Source of the DNA: Cenarchaeum sp.
GTDB lineage: Archaea; Thermoproteota; Nitrososphaeria; Nitrososphaerales; Nitrosopumilaceae
Direction of reading: 5' to 3'
NCBI GenBank assembly: GCA_965206845.1
Contig: OZ242221.1
Location: 96,001 to 160,000 of the forward strand
DNA: 64,000 bases
Position numbers and translations under genes: made by a program. Positions within the stretch are counted from its first letter, which is position 1. Each line of letters opens with the position of its first letter. This document shows, piece after piece, positions 35,201 to 44,822 of this stretch. The notes under the pieces are model-generated. The model did no database searches. It was not told where the DNA came from and was given only the letters and a program-made list of their open reading frames with translations.

Positions 35201-35248
35201 GCATATGGCCTATCAAGGCATATATTTACAGATGTACCTCTTGGACGC

Positions 35249-36346
35249 ATGCTAGAGCAGCTTGTATCCCGATCTGCGGAGCTGGACAAGGCAGCAGCCG
35301 GGGAAGAGCTGAGCGCAAAAGACGGCCTGGAGCTGATGAAGTACGACAACCTGCACATGCTGGGTGCGGTAGCCGACAGGGCGAGGCAGCAGGCTGTAGG
35401 CGACACGGTAACATTTGTCGCATCATACTACATGAACTACACAAACGTATGCGCCGCCAGCTGCCAGATGTGCGCATTTTACAGGAAAGGCAGCGAGGAT
35501 GACGCATACACGCTCTCGCCCGGCCAGATAGAACAGCGAGTTGCCACAGCAGAGCAGATGGGCGCCACCGAGGTTCACATAGTGGGAGGGTTCCATCCAG
35601 ATCTGCCGCTTGAGTACTACGAGGACATGATGCGAACGATAAAGGGCAGTCACCCCAGGATGAACATCAAGGCTTTTACAGCCGCCGAGATCTTTTATCT
35701 CTCAAAGCTTACCAAAAACTCAGTAAAGGAGATACTGCACCGCCTCAAGGACGCGGGCCTCGACACAATGCCAGGGGGCGGAGCCGAGCTCTTCCACCCC
35801 GACGTCAGGAAGAGAATAGTCAGAGGCAAATGCTCCGGTCAGGAGTGGTTGGACACTATCGAGCAGGCACATCTCATGGGAATAAGAAGCAACGTCACAA
35901 TGCTCTACGGGCATGTGGAGGAGCCAGCACACATAGTAGATCATCTCATCAAGATAAGGGAACTGCAGAGGAAAACAGGCGGTTTTATCACAATGATCCC
36001 GTTAAAGTTCAGCCTCGACAACACGGAGCTGGAGAAGACGGGCCATGTGACTCGCGAGTGCTCGTCGCTTTACGACCTCCGCATAGTGGCCCTATCGCGC
36101 CTCATGCTGGCAGGCTCCATAGACAACATCTCGGTGTACTGGGTTGCATACGGCAAGAAGCTGGCCCAGGTCGCACTCCTAAACGGGGGGAGTGATCTGG
36201 TCGGAACCGCGTTCTCTGAAGAGATATACCGTGCTGCAGGCAAGCCCACCGCATCATCTGTCATGGAGCTGGCAGACATGGCTCGCGAGATTGGTAGAAG
36301 ACCCGTTCGGCGAGACACCTTCTTTCGAACCCTAGAATCGTTCTAG
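35249..36346 (+). CDS. mqnE: CofH/MqnE-family radical SAM protein (probable aminofutalosine synthase)
   Basis: NYTNVCAASCQMCAF, EVHIVGG, MPGGGAE and TMLYGH motifs; mqnD nearby. MqnC is not fully excluded. Confidence 0.75.
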   Translation: MLEQLVSRSAELDKAAAGEELSAKDGLELMKYDNLHMLGAVADRARQQAVGDTVTFVASYYMNYTNVCAASCQMCAFYRKGSEDDAYTLSPGQIEQRVATAEQMGATEVHIVGGFHPDLPLEYYEDMMRTIKGSHPRMNIKAFTAAEIFYLSKLTKNSVKEILHRLKDAGLDTMPGGGAELFHPDVRKRIVRGKCSGQEWLDTIEQAHLMGIRSNVTMLYGHVEEPAHIVDHLIKIRELQRKTGGFITMIPLKFSLDNTELEKTGHVTRECSSLYDLRIVALSRLMLAGSIDNISVYWVAYGKKLAQVALLNGGSDLVGTAFSEEIYRAAGKPTASSVMELADMAREIGRRPVRRDTFFRTLESF

Positions 36347-36643
36347 GTGCGCCTTTGCCGATTCCACCTTATCTTCCAGTCTCGTCTGCCTGTCGCTCCT
36401 CGAGTCAATCTTCAGCACCACCTCGACTCTGGCAACCCCTAGGCTGTGTACCGCCTCCATCATCCTCTCCGACGCCTCATATATCCTTCTGATGCTGTCT
36501 GATTCGAGCAGTGTGCCCATGGCAGTCAGATGGTATCTAATGCCATTCATCTCCTGCAGCACCTCTAGTGCCCGCGCAATGTAGAAGCTGGTGCTGGTCG
36601 AGCCGGTTCCTATGGGATAGATGCTTATCTCTGCATGAATCAC
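36332..36643 (-). CDS. MTH1187/thiamine-binding (DUF77) family protein
   Basis: AEISIYPIG.GS, LTAMGT and LKIDSR.D motifs. Confidence 0.85.
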   Translation of the reverse strand: MIHAEISIYPIGTGSTSTSFYIARALEVLQEMNGIRYHLTAMGTLLESDSIRRIYEASERMMEAVHSLGVARVEVVLKIDSRSDRQTRLEDKVESAKAHLERF

Positions 36644-36678
36644 AACATATTCCTGCGGCCGTATGGTTAAATCTTTGA

Positions 36679-36987
36679 CTATGTAACGGGCTTCTTCTCT
36701 ATCTTCTTTGCCCCGCTCCCGCTCTTTCTTCGCGCTCCAAAGGAGATCAGCACCAGTAGGAACCCAGCGCCCGCAAGTATTCCTGCCAGCGTGCTCAGAT
36801 CCCGGTTTTCCTGCTGGGACACAATCAGGTCAAAGGCTTCCTCGTCGGTCATGCCAGGAACCCCGATGGGCATGATATAACCAAGCAGCGCCAGCATGCC
36901 GATTCCCACTGCAAGCATGGCCAGCCCGCCAAACAGAATCTTTCCATCTATCAGAACCATATCCTGCCATATCTGGTCGCGCATCAT
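36679..36987 (-). CDS. Small two-TM membrane protein
   Basis: Two hydrophobic segments and a basic tail; start may be 36960. Confidence 0.7.
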   Translation of the reverse strand: MMRDQIWQDMVLIDGKILFGGLAMLAVGIGMLALLGYIMPIGVPGMTDEEAFDLIVSQQENRDLSTLAGILAGAGFLLVLISFGARRKSGSGAKKIEKKPVT

Positions 36988-37009
36988 ATTTTAGGTGTTC
37001 CCGAAAATC

Positions 37010-38218
37010 GGGGTTGGTGCGTAATTCTCCGAACCGCCTAGACCAGTCCGATACGTTCAATGATCCGCGATCTCCCGCACGCGGCAATGAGCGAACACAA
37101 CAGACGGGAAGGATACTGGCAGTACTATGAACTGGCAAAGGAAGTCGAGGCACCTAGTCTGAAGAGGACGCTGATCGAGATAATCCGGGAGAACCCTTGC
37201 CCGCGCCGAGAAAACGGCAACAGGGGCCGTCCCCCGGTTCACTCCAAGGAGAAACTGGACTTTGCCTGTCTGCTGATGATGGCAGGCAACAACACCTATC
37301 GCGGAGTCGAATCGGACCTGCGAGGCATGCGGACACCATGGGACAACGAGCCCGTCCCGGACCATACCACATTGGTCAGGCACCTCCAGACGATACCGGC
37401 AGACTGGCTCGATCTGATCGTGGCCGAGACGGCCCGCCGTTGCATCAAGGAGGCGGACGAGGCGACGGGCCCGCTGGGAGCCGACAGCAGCGCGGCGGAG
37501 ACCACTAGGTACGAATATGTCGAGAGGCCAAGCAGGAAGGAGCGCGACTTCGTCGAGACACGCCAAAAGACCTACTGGAAATACCACATAACGGCCATCT
37601 TGGGCCTGCAGATCGTGCTGGCGGCGTTTACCACGCCCGGCAACATCAACGACACGACCATGCTTCCAGTCATGCTGGCTGAGATCAGGCGTCGCGGGTT
37701 TGACTTTGCGGGGAATTTCTTTGACGGGGACAAGGGGTACGACTCTGACTACAACTGCGAGCTGCTGTTCTGGATGGGCATGATCCCCAACATCAAGCAA
37801 CGGAAGGATGCTGTCAACCGTGGCAAGTCGCACAGGAGGAAGGCAGCTGGCATGTTCAGCGATAGCGAGTACAGAAAGAGGGCCCTGATAGAGGGCATCT
37901 TCGGGGCCGAGGAGACCCGGCGGCACCAGCTGCACTGCCGGTTCGTTCGGGAGGACAACCGGCGCCGGTTCGCCAAGGGAAGGGCGATCGCTTGGAACAT
38001 CCGGGTCCTCAACCGGTTCGAGTGCGCCAACCGGCTAAACATACCGATACCCTCCTACGGCGGCATGGCGCACGTGGAGTGCGCCTGATGATCCGACCCG
38101 TCAGTAGCTGATCACGGCGTGCGGGCAACAAAAGCCCGACACACACCAAAGCACCGCCGGTGAAGATGCGGTGGGAGACACACATGAGCAGGACGGAGCA
38201 GAATTACGCACCAACCCC
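37010..38218 (+). mobile_element. IS4/IS5-superfamily insertion sequence, copy 2 (1209 bp)
   Basis: TIR ggggttggtgcgtaattct; perfect 9-bp TSD ccgaaaatc (37001-37009 / 38219-38227). Confidence 0.95.
37060..38088 (+). CDS. DDE transposase, near-identical to 3182..4210
   Basis: 342 aa with the same motifs. Confidence 0.9.
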   Translation: MIRDLPHAAMSEHNRREGYWQYYELAKEVEAPSLKRTLIEIIRENPCPRRENGNRGRPPVHSKEKLDFACLLMMAGNNTYRGVESDLRGMRTPWDNEPVPDHTTLVRHLQTIPADWLDLIVAETARRCIKEADEATGPLGADSSAAETTRYEYVERPSRKERDFVETRQKTYWKYHITAILGLQIVLAAFTTPGNINDTTMLPVMLAEIRRRGFDFAGNFFDGDKGYDSDYNCELLFWMGMIPNIKQRKDAVNRGKSHRRKAAGMFSDSEYRKRALIEGIFGAEETRRHQLHCRFVREDNRRRFAKGRAIAWNIRVLNRFECANRLNIPIPSYGGMAHVECA

Positions 38219-38324
38219 CCGAAAATCTGAAGACTGCAAAGTCGCTTGCTGCACCAAATCAGGGACAGTAACTCTTCTGGATGTGCATCTTCGCGCCTAG
38301 GCCCGGAGCGCAGTCCCGCTCAGA

Positions 38325-39155
38325 CTAGAGCACTGGGGCAAACTTCAGTTCAAAGCCAGGCACCAAATCCTGCTTCCGAGCCATCTCGAACATTCTTCGA
38401 ATGGACTCTTCGCCGGAGCTGCCCATGTCTACGGTTCTGTCATTTACGTACATACTGACAAATTTTGCGATAAGATCCCGGGACTTGCCCCTCCCGTATC
38501 CCATGGCGTAATCCAGCGCATCATCAAAGTGATCAAGGCCGTACACTATCGAGTCGTGAAGGTACCAGTCAAACCTGTGAATCACATCGTCTTCCAGGCC
38601 GGCCCTCATCACGTTGATCCCCAGCGGAACGGGAAGCCCACCGGTGGTCTCATCCCACCATCTGCCGACATCGGCGATCTTTACGTTTCCCTCCTGGCCG
38701 TACGACAGCTGCGTCTCGTGTATTACGAGTCCTGCATCAACCCTGCCCTCCCGGACAGCCTCCGGAATGTCGCTAAAGTTCATCTCCACGTACTCGAACT
38801 TGCCGATCATCAGCTGCAGTAGCAGGAATGACGATGTCATCCTGCCAGGAATGGCTATCCTGCGCTTTCCTATCTCGTCAAGCGACACTTCACTGCGGGC
38901 AGTTACAATCGGCCCGTAGTTTATTCCAAAGCTGCCGCCGCTACGCAGTATGGTGTAATCAGGAGCATACGCGCATGCATGAACCGACACTGCGGTAACA
39001 TCAAGATCCGGATGCCTCGCCCGTCGGTTGAGCGCCTCGATGTCCTCGATTACGTGCCGTATGGCAAAGCCTGCCTCCGGGATGCGGCCGTCAAGCATAC
39101 CGTAAAACATGAACGCGTCATCCGAGTCTGGCGTGTGTCCCACGGTTATGTCCAC
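38325..39155 (-). CDS. mqnD: 1,4-dihydroxy-6-naphthoate synthase (MqnA/MqnD family)
   Basis: GHTPDSDDAFMFY, DIEALN, YGP, GLVIHE, LPVPLG and MYVN motifs. Confidence 0.85.
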   Translation of the reverse strand: MDITVGHTPDSDDAFMFYGMLDGRIPEAGFAIRHVIEDIEALNRRARHPDLDVTAVSVHACAYAPDYTILRSGGSFGINYGPIVTARSEVSLDEIGKRRIAIPGRMTSSFLLLQLMIGKFEYVEMNFSDIPEAVREGRVDAGLVIHETQLSYGQEGNVKIADVGRWWDETTGGLPVPLGINVMRAGLEDDVIHRFDWYLHDSIVYGLDHFDDALDYAMGYGRGKSRDLIAKFVSMYVNDRTVDMGSSGEESIRRMFEMARKQDLVPGFELKFAPVL

Positions 39156-39321
39156 ACGGCAAATCTGCACACAGGTAATAAAAACCAAATTTACGCGCCA
39201 GCGGCACAGGGCTGCCTGCCCCACCGGACGCAGAACCCCAGATACAGATTTGCCTCACGGCGAGGTTTGAATCTGGTCGAGCACGACCGATGAGAGCTCA
39301 GGGTTCTAATATCTGAACGGC

Positions 39322-40239
39322 ATGTGGAGTGCAGTGAGCATCAGTTCCATGGAGCACGAGATCGGGCTACAGATGGAGTACCTTGAGGAGTTTGAGCCCC
39401 AGGAGCCGCTCTGTGAGGCGAGCCAGAGGAGTGCCATCTTCTGCGGCAACGGAGACTCGCTGTCGTCGGCCATGCTTGCAAGAGCCCACTCGAGTCTCAA
39501 GGTCAGAGTTGCGGATCCGCTGGACATTCTAAACAACAGAGCCATACGGGATCTATACGATCTCTTTCTAGTATCTGTATCCGGCAGAACCATCTCCAAC
39601 ATCCGGACGGCGGCCCTCGCGCGATCAGTTACTGCAATTACTGCCCGGCCAGAAAGCGAACTGGGACGGATCTGCCAGCGCACCATACCCCTGCGGTACC
39701 CCAACACCGGCGACATAACGGCAGGCACCATCAGCTTTCTGTCCAGCGCGCTGTGCTGCATATCCCTTGTCTGTCCAGTAAAGATTACGCAGTATCGTGA
39801 GATCCTCAAGAGCGCGCAGCAGCAGGCGGCAGAGGCTGCATACTGCGGCAGGGTCTTTGTACTGGGAAATCTGAAGACGTATCCCTTGGCGCTTTACGCA
39901 GTGGCCAAGCTGTACGAAGTGCTAGGATATGGGGCATCGTATCAGCGCATAGAGCAGTTTTCGCACATGGATCTCTTCTCGGCGCATTCGGGCGATACCG
40001 TTGTGATCTTTGAGCCGCCAAACAGGCACAACCGGTCTCTGGCAGAGAAGATCAGGGCCGCAGGGCTGAGCGCAATCCAGCCGACACCTCCGCTGGGCGA
40101 CGATATCTCGCAGTTTCTGTTCTATACGTTCTTCTCGCAGATGGTCGCCTTGGGCATGGCAAAGAGTGGCGGGCTGCACGATTGCCACTTTCTCACCGCA
40201 GGAGCCCTGCTGGACGCAAGCAACGAGATGATCTACTAG
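39322..40239 (+). CDS. SIS-domain sugar isomerase-like protein
   Basis: GNGDS, VSVSGRT, KLYE and EQFSH motifs. Confidence 0.8.
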   Translation: MWSAVSISSMEHEIGLQMEYLEEFEPQEPLCEASQRSAIFCGNGDSLSSAMLARAHSSLKVRVADPLDILNNRAIRDLYDLFLVSVSGRTISNIRTAALARSVTAITARPESELGRICQRTIPLRYPNTGDITAGTISFLSSALCCISLVCPVKITQYREILKSAQQQAAEAAYCGRVFVLGNLKTYPLALYAVAKLYEVLGYGASYQRIEQFSHMDLFSAHSGDTVVIFEPPNRHNRSLAEKIRAAGLSAIQPTPPLGDDISQFLFYTFFSQMVALGMAKSGGLHDCHFLTAGALLDASNEMIY

Positions 40240-40496
40240 GTAGGATCACGCATACTTCAGAACTGCAATGCTGACAGGTTCGCATCCTGCAGTGCGGCTG
40301 ATGCGAAAGCGAGTTGTGCAAAGCCAGAGTGCCCAACTCGAAACATGCAGGTCACAAACAGTACATGCCTGGCTACTGCAAGCCATACATGGGGCTCTTC
40401 TGGCAGCATGTTTTCGTGCCCAAGAGGAAGAAGGCGCCACATCGCGCGTTATAATTCTCACAAGATTTAATAGCTCAAATTCAACAATTTGCACAT

Positions 40497-42689
40497 ATGA
40501 CCAAATTCAAGTCTACTGCGCAGGTGCTCAAGATCATAAAGAACAAGGAGCAGATCAGGAACTTTGGCGTAATCGCACATGTGGATCACGGCAAGACCAC
40601 CATGAGCGACAGCCTGCTTGCTCACTCGGGGATTATCTCGCCGTCATCAGCCGGCTCGGCGCTGGCCATGGACTTTGACAAGGAGGAGCAAGAGAGGGGC
40701 ATCACAATATACCAGGCAAACGTCACGCTGTACTACATGCAGAAGGGAAGGGACTACGTCATCAATATGATCGACACGCCGGGACATGTGGACTTTAGCG
40801 GCAGGGTCATCCGCAGCCTGCGGGCCATCGACGGCGCCGTGGTAGTGTGCGATGCGGTGGAGGGCATAATGACCCAGACCGAGACGGTAACCAGAATGGC
40901 CCTAGAGGAGCGGGTCAGGCCGGTGCTGTTCATCAACAAGGTGGACAGGCTCATCAAGGAGCTCAGGCTGACACCCGCAAAGATGCAGGAGACCCTGGCA
41001 AGTGTTGTATCAAACTTCAATCAGCTCATAGACACCTATGCGGAGGAGGATTACCGCGAAAAGTGGAAGGTCTCGATCCAGGATGCCAGCGTCACCTTTG
41101 GCTCTGCCAAGGATCGCTGGGCGATCAATCTGGACATGATGAAAGAGAAGGGGATAACGTTCAAGGATGTAATCGAGGCCTATCAGGGCGAAAGGGTGGG
41201 AGATCTGGTGGAGAAGGCGCCACTAGCAGATGCGATACTGGGCATGGTCGTGAAGCACCACCCGCCGCCGGATGTGGCGCAAAAGTACAGAATCCCAAAG
41301 ATATGGCACGGGGATCTCAAATCAGACATAGGGCAGTCGCTACTGGCCTGCAAGGACGACGGACCTGCCATCATGATGGTTGTAAACATGGTACTGGATA
41401 AGGCAGCGGGCCCCGTAGCCATTGGCAGACTCTTCTCGGGCACCGTAAGGGATGGCCAGACGGTTCGCATCATAGACGCGAAACGGGACGGTCGGATCCA
41501 GTCAGTGAACTTTTTCATGGGGAATCAGAGGGAGCAGGTGGGCGAGCTGGGCGCAGGTAACATTCCCGCACTTTTGGGAATAACGGAGGCCCGTGCAGGT
41601 AACACACTCTCGTCTGTAAAAGGAATCCAGGTCTTTGAGGGCGTCCGGTACGTGTCTGAGCCCGTGGTTCAGATAGCCATTGAGCCCAGACACCCCAAGG
41701 ATCTTCCAAAGCTGGTCGAGACCCTCAAGCAGCTTACCATAGAGGATCCTAACCTGGTAGTCAAAATAAACGAGGAGAGCGGCGAGACCATAATAGCCGG
41801 CATGGGTGTCCTGCACTTGGACGTGGCAACGCACCGCATTCAGGACACCAAGATAGACATCATAACATCAGAGCCCCTGATCAACTACAGAGAGACGGTA
41901 AAGGCCCCCTGTAGGCCCATCATGGCAAAGTCTCCAAACAGGCACAACAAGATCTTTATGAAAGTGGAGCCTCTGGAGCCTACCATCGCCGAGATGCTCC
42001 GATCCGGCCAGATATCTGACATGAAAGACAAGCAGGAAGTTACCGCACTGCTCAAGAAGGAAGGATGGGACACGGACACCATAAAGAGGATCATGAAGTT
42101 TGACTCCCGCGGAAATGTGCTCATCAACGGCACAAAGGGTGTACAGTTTATTCAAGAGTCGATGGACTCGATCAACTCGGGATTCGAGGATGTGATGAAG
42201 GAGGGCCCACTGTGCAAGGAACAGGTAAGGAACTGCAAGTTCTTGTTTACGCACTTTGTGCCACACGAGGATCCGGCCCACAGGGGACTGTCCCAGCTGG
42301 GACCGGCTTCCAGGCGCGCCTGCCTGGGTTCCCTCCTTACTGCCGGCACCACAATACTAGAGCCTGTGCTAGCCATCGAGGTCAGGGTGCCAACGGATCT
42401 GGTAGGCAATGTTGCCACGGTTCTTTCAGGAAAGCGCGGCAGGGTGCTGAACATGGCACAGAAGGGGGCCGCAAGCATAGTTACCGGCGAGCTACCTGCG
42501 GCAGAGACGTTCACGCTATCTGAGGACATGCGCGGCCAGACCGCCGGCAGGGCGATGTGGAACACCCACTTCAAGGCGTGGGCCGAGGTGCCCAAATCCA
42601 TGATAACGACCGTCATCGCAGAGCTTAGAAAGAGAAAGGGCCTTCCGCCAGAGTCGCCTCCCGCAAGCGAGTTCATCGACAAGGAGTAG
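40497..42689 (+). CDS. fusA: Translation elongation factor aEF-2
   Basis: AHVDHGKTT, ERGITI, DTPGH, NKVD and HEDPAHRG diphthamide loop. Confidence 0.98.
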   Translation: MTKFKSTAQVLKIIKNKEQIRNFGVIAHVDHGKTTMSDSLLAHSGIISPSSAGSALAMDFDKEEQERGITIYQANVTLYYMQKGRDYVINMIDTPGHVDFSGRVIRSLRAIDGAVVVCDAVEGIMTQTETVTRMALEERVRPVLFINKVDRLIKELRLTPAKMQETLASVVSNFNQLIDTYAEEDYREKWKVSIQDASVTFGSAKDRWAINLDMMKEKGITFKDVIEAYQGERVGDLVEKAPLADAILGMVVKHHPPPDVAQKYRIPKIWHGDLKSDIGQSLLACKDDGPAIMMVVNMVLDKAAGPVAIGRLFSGTVRDGQTVRIIDAKRDGRIQSVNFFMGNQREQVGELGAGNIPALLGITEARAGNTLSSVKGIQVFEGVRYVSEPVVQIAIEPRHPKDLPKLVETLKQLTIEDPNLVVKINEESGETIIAGMGVLHLDVATHRIQDTKIDIITSEPLINYRETVKAPCRPIMAKSPNRHNKIFMKVEPLEPTIAEMLRSGQISDMKDKQEVTALLKKEGWDTDTIKRIMKFDSRGNVLINGTKGVQFIQESMDSINSGFEDVMKEGPLCKEQVRNCKFLFTHFVPHEDPAHRGLSQLGPASRRACLGSLLTAGTTILEPVLAIEVRVPTDLVGNVATVLSGKRGRVLNMAQKGAASIVTGELPAAETFTLSEDMRGQTAGRAMWNTHFKAWAEVPKSMITTVIAELRKRKGLPPESPPASEFIDKE

Positions 42690-42766
42690 CCCCGCCGCCT
42701 GCGCGCGCAAGACTGTCCGGATCCAAAACCGAAGAAATAAAAAACGTGCACTGTCTAAACCAATGC

Positions 42767-42961
42767 ATGGCAGTACTTGAGGGACTGGTAATTCTGACGA
42801 TCATCCTGGCGGCAGGATTCATCGGGTATCATACCTGGCAGGACTGGCTCCAGCACGACGAGGCGGAAAGCCACATGCTTGGCCCAGAACACGAAACCGC
42901 AGAAATCTACCTGCAGGGCACACACGCCGTACAGCGAATCCACTGGACAGAGACCCTCTAG
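42767..42961 (+). CDS. Small single-TM hypothetical protein
   Basis: MAVLEGLVILTIILAAGFIGY TM segment. Confidence 0.5.
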   Translation: MAVLEGLVILTIILAAGFIGYHTWQDWLQHDEAESHMLGPEHETAEIYLQGTHAVQRIHWTETL

Positions 42962-42973
42962 GGCAGAATCCCT

Positions 42974-43567
42974 TCACACCTTGAGCGTGAGCTCCTCTCC
43001 GTTTCCGATGGGAACGGTTACCGTGCGCACACCGTCCTTTGAGCGTATGTGGCGCCTAAGGCCATCCATTGTGCCCCTGTACTTTTTCGGATAAAGCATG
43101 TTGTCCACCAGTATCATTCCGCCGGGCCGGATCAGATCCAGCGCTCGATCAAAGTACTCCACCACGTTCTCCTTGTCTGCATCAATGAATGCAAAGTCAA
43201 ACATCCCCTTCAGCTGGCGCAGCACATCTGGCGCACCGCCCACAAGCACCTCCACATTCGAGATTCCTGCCTCTTCAAAATTCTTCCTAGCCCTTTGCAC
43301 CTTTGACGGGTTATGCTCAATTGTAGTAACCCTACCACCGTTTCGGTACACGGCTTCTGCCATCCATATGGTAGAGTATCCCGCGGAGGTGCCTACCTCC
43401 AGCACGTTTGCAAACCTATTGCCGTACAGCAGCATGTTGAGGAACCTGCCGGTGTCCTCTGTTATGGCAAGCATTCTGTCCCCGGGCGACACGCTCCTCT
43501 TCCTGGATTTCTCCTCCTGCGATTCGCGGCCGAGTCTGTCAAGAACGCGGGCGATCTTCTCATCCAT
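42974..43567 (-). CDS. Class I SAM-dependent O-methyltransferase
   Basis: VLEVGTSAGYSTIW, FIDADK and LVDN motifs. Confidence 0.9.
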   Translation of the reverse strand: MDEKIARVLDRLGRESQEEKSRKRSVSPGDRMLAITEDTGRFLNMLLYGNRFANVLEVGTSAGYSTIWMAEAVYRNGGRVTTIEHNPSKVQRARKNFEEAGISNVEVLVGGAPDVLRQLKGMFDFAFIDADKENVVEYFDRALDLIRPGGMILVDNMLYPKKYRGTMDGLRRHIRSKDGVRTVTVPIGNGEELTLKV

Positions 43568-43682
43568 GCACGGTATGATCCCGAAGTTGTATTTTAAACC
43601 CAGGCGCGCTTGCACCGGGATTTGGATCCACGCCGCACCAAACACGTTAAATTATATTTGCTGAAATGTCCCTTTTGGTAAG

Positions 43683-44057
43683 TTGGTAAACAAGAGCGTA
43701 GGACTCGATCTCATCGAGGGCATATTGGATCTGGATCCGCAGATGAGGTGTGCAGCCCTCATAGACATGAACGGAGAGATAGTCGAGTCCATCATGAGAG
43801 AAGGAAAGCAGTCACTAAAGTCGCAGATGGAGGAGGAGTACCTCTGTAGACAGGCAGCGCAACAGAGAACCATAAGGGATCAGCTCAACGATCCCTTGGG
43901 AAGGGTAAGGTACGTGCATGTGGAGCGGGAGAACGTTACCCAGATGGTAGTCTACGCCAAGCGGTTTACGCTCTACTTTACCATAGAGCCAGAGATAGCA
44001 ATACGCGAGAAGGAGAGCATAACAAACAGGGCCAAAAGAATGATTTCACACATATGA
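43683..44057 (+). CDS. Roadblock/longin-like hypothetical protein of a thaumarchaeal type
   Basis: ILDLDPQMRCAALID..G, LG.VRY.HVERE pattern. Confidence 0.65.
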   Translation: MVNKSVGLDLIEGILDLDPQMRCAALIDMNGEIVESIMREGKQSLKSQMEEEYLCRQAAQQRTIRDQLNDPLGRVRYVHVERENVTQMVVYAKRFTLYFTIEPEIAIREKESITNRAKRMISHI

Positions 44058-44420
44058 GATCGCACCGGATCTTTGGACTCGGATCACAACAGTGTGCATG
44101 CCCGAAGGCAGCACGGCGGATCTGACCGGTACGCATCTTCAGGATGCATCGCATCCTAGCGCGGCAGCTCCGGTCACATGTCCGGTGCATGGATCTCACA
44201 GGATGTGACGGTACCGTTCCAGACGTATGCTATAACTTACATGGTGCAAATTGCAAAAAGCAGTTGCCCCGAAGCCCGATCGCCGCAAGAACGCCCTTGG
44301 AGTCCAGACTTGATGCCCAAGCGCCTCAAAGGCGATGTACGAAGTAGCTGGTTTCTAGGGGTGCAGACAGTACCAGCGCCTGATGCTATACTTTTAATTG
44401 AGCGGCATGAGATCCCAGCC

Positions 44421-44822
44421 ATGTCGTCATACTTTACCCTGGTCTCGGCCAACGCTGCACTGCCTGAGGTCATTAAAAGGTACAAGTTTGTCTTGCAGTG
44501 CAAGGCAGAGGTAGTAAAAGCAGAAGAACAGATGCAGATAGCCGTATCCAATGACGCAAGGTTGGAGGAACATGTCAGAATAAAACAGGATCTTAACTCA
44601 AAAGTGATAAAATACTACCGTGCAATCGAGCATCTAGAGCTGACCGGCGTGGCAATAAAGAGCATAGATGACGGTCTTTTGGACTTTCCCGCTAGGCGCT
44701 TTGATGAGGACATCTGGCTGTGCTGGAAGGACGGCGAGATCCAGGTCAAGTTTTGGCACGAAAAGCACACCGGGTTTATGGGACGAAAGCCGGTGGAAGT
44801 GAGCAACGAATCGCTGGTTTGA
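44421..44822 (+). CDS. DUF2203-family protein
   Basis: FTL..AN..LP, GV.IK..D.GLLDFP, LCWKDGE..V.FWH...GF.GRKP. Confidence 0.85.
   Translation: MSSYFTLVSANAALPEVIKRYKFVLQCKAEVVKAEEQMQIAVSNDARLEEHVRIKQDLNSKVIKYYRAIEHLELTGVAIKSIDDGLLDFPARRFDEDIWLCWKDGEIQVKFWHEKHTGFMGRKPVEVSNESLV

Noticed and set aside
35212-35216. TTGAT (ISDra2-type TAM) on the minus strand near the tnpB element end
   Set aside because: It sits 3 nt outside the duplicated target rather than abutting it; a 5-mer match is expected by chance.
34829-35248. 140-aa N-terminal extension of the radical SAM ORF
   Set aside because: It crosses the transposon end and is antisense to tnpB; the likely start is ATG 35249 after a TATA-like box.
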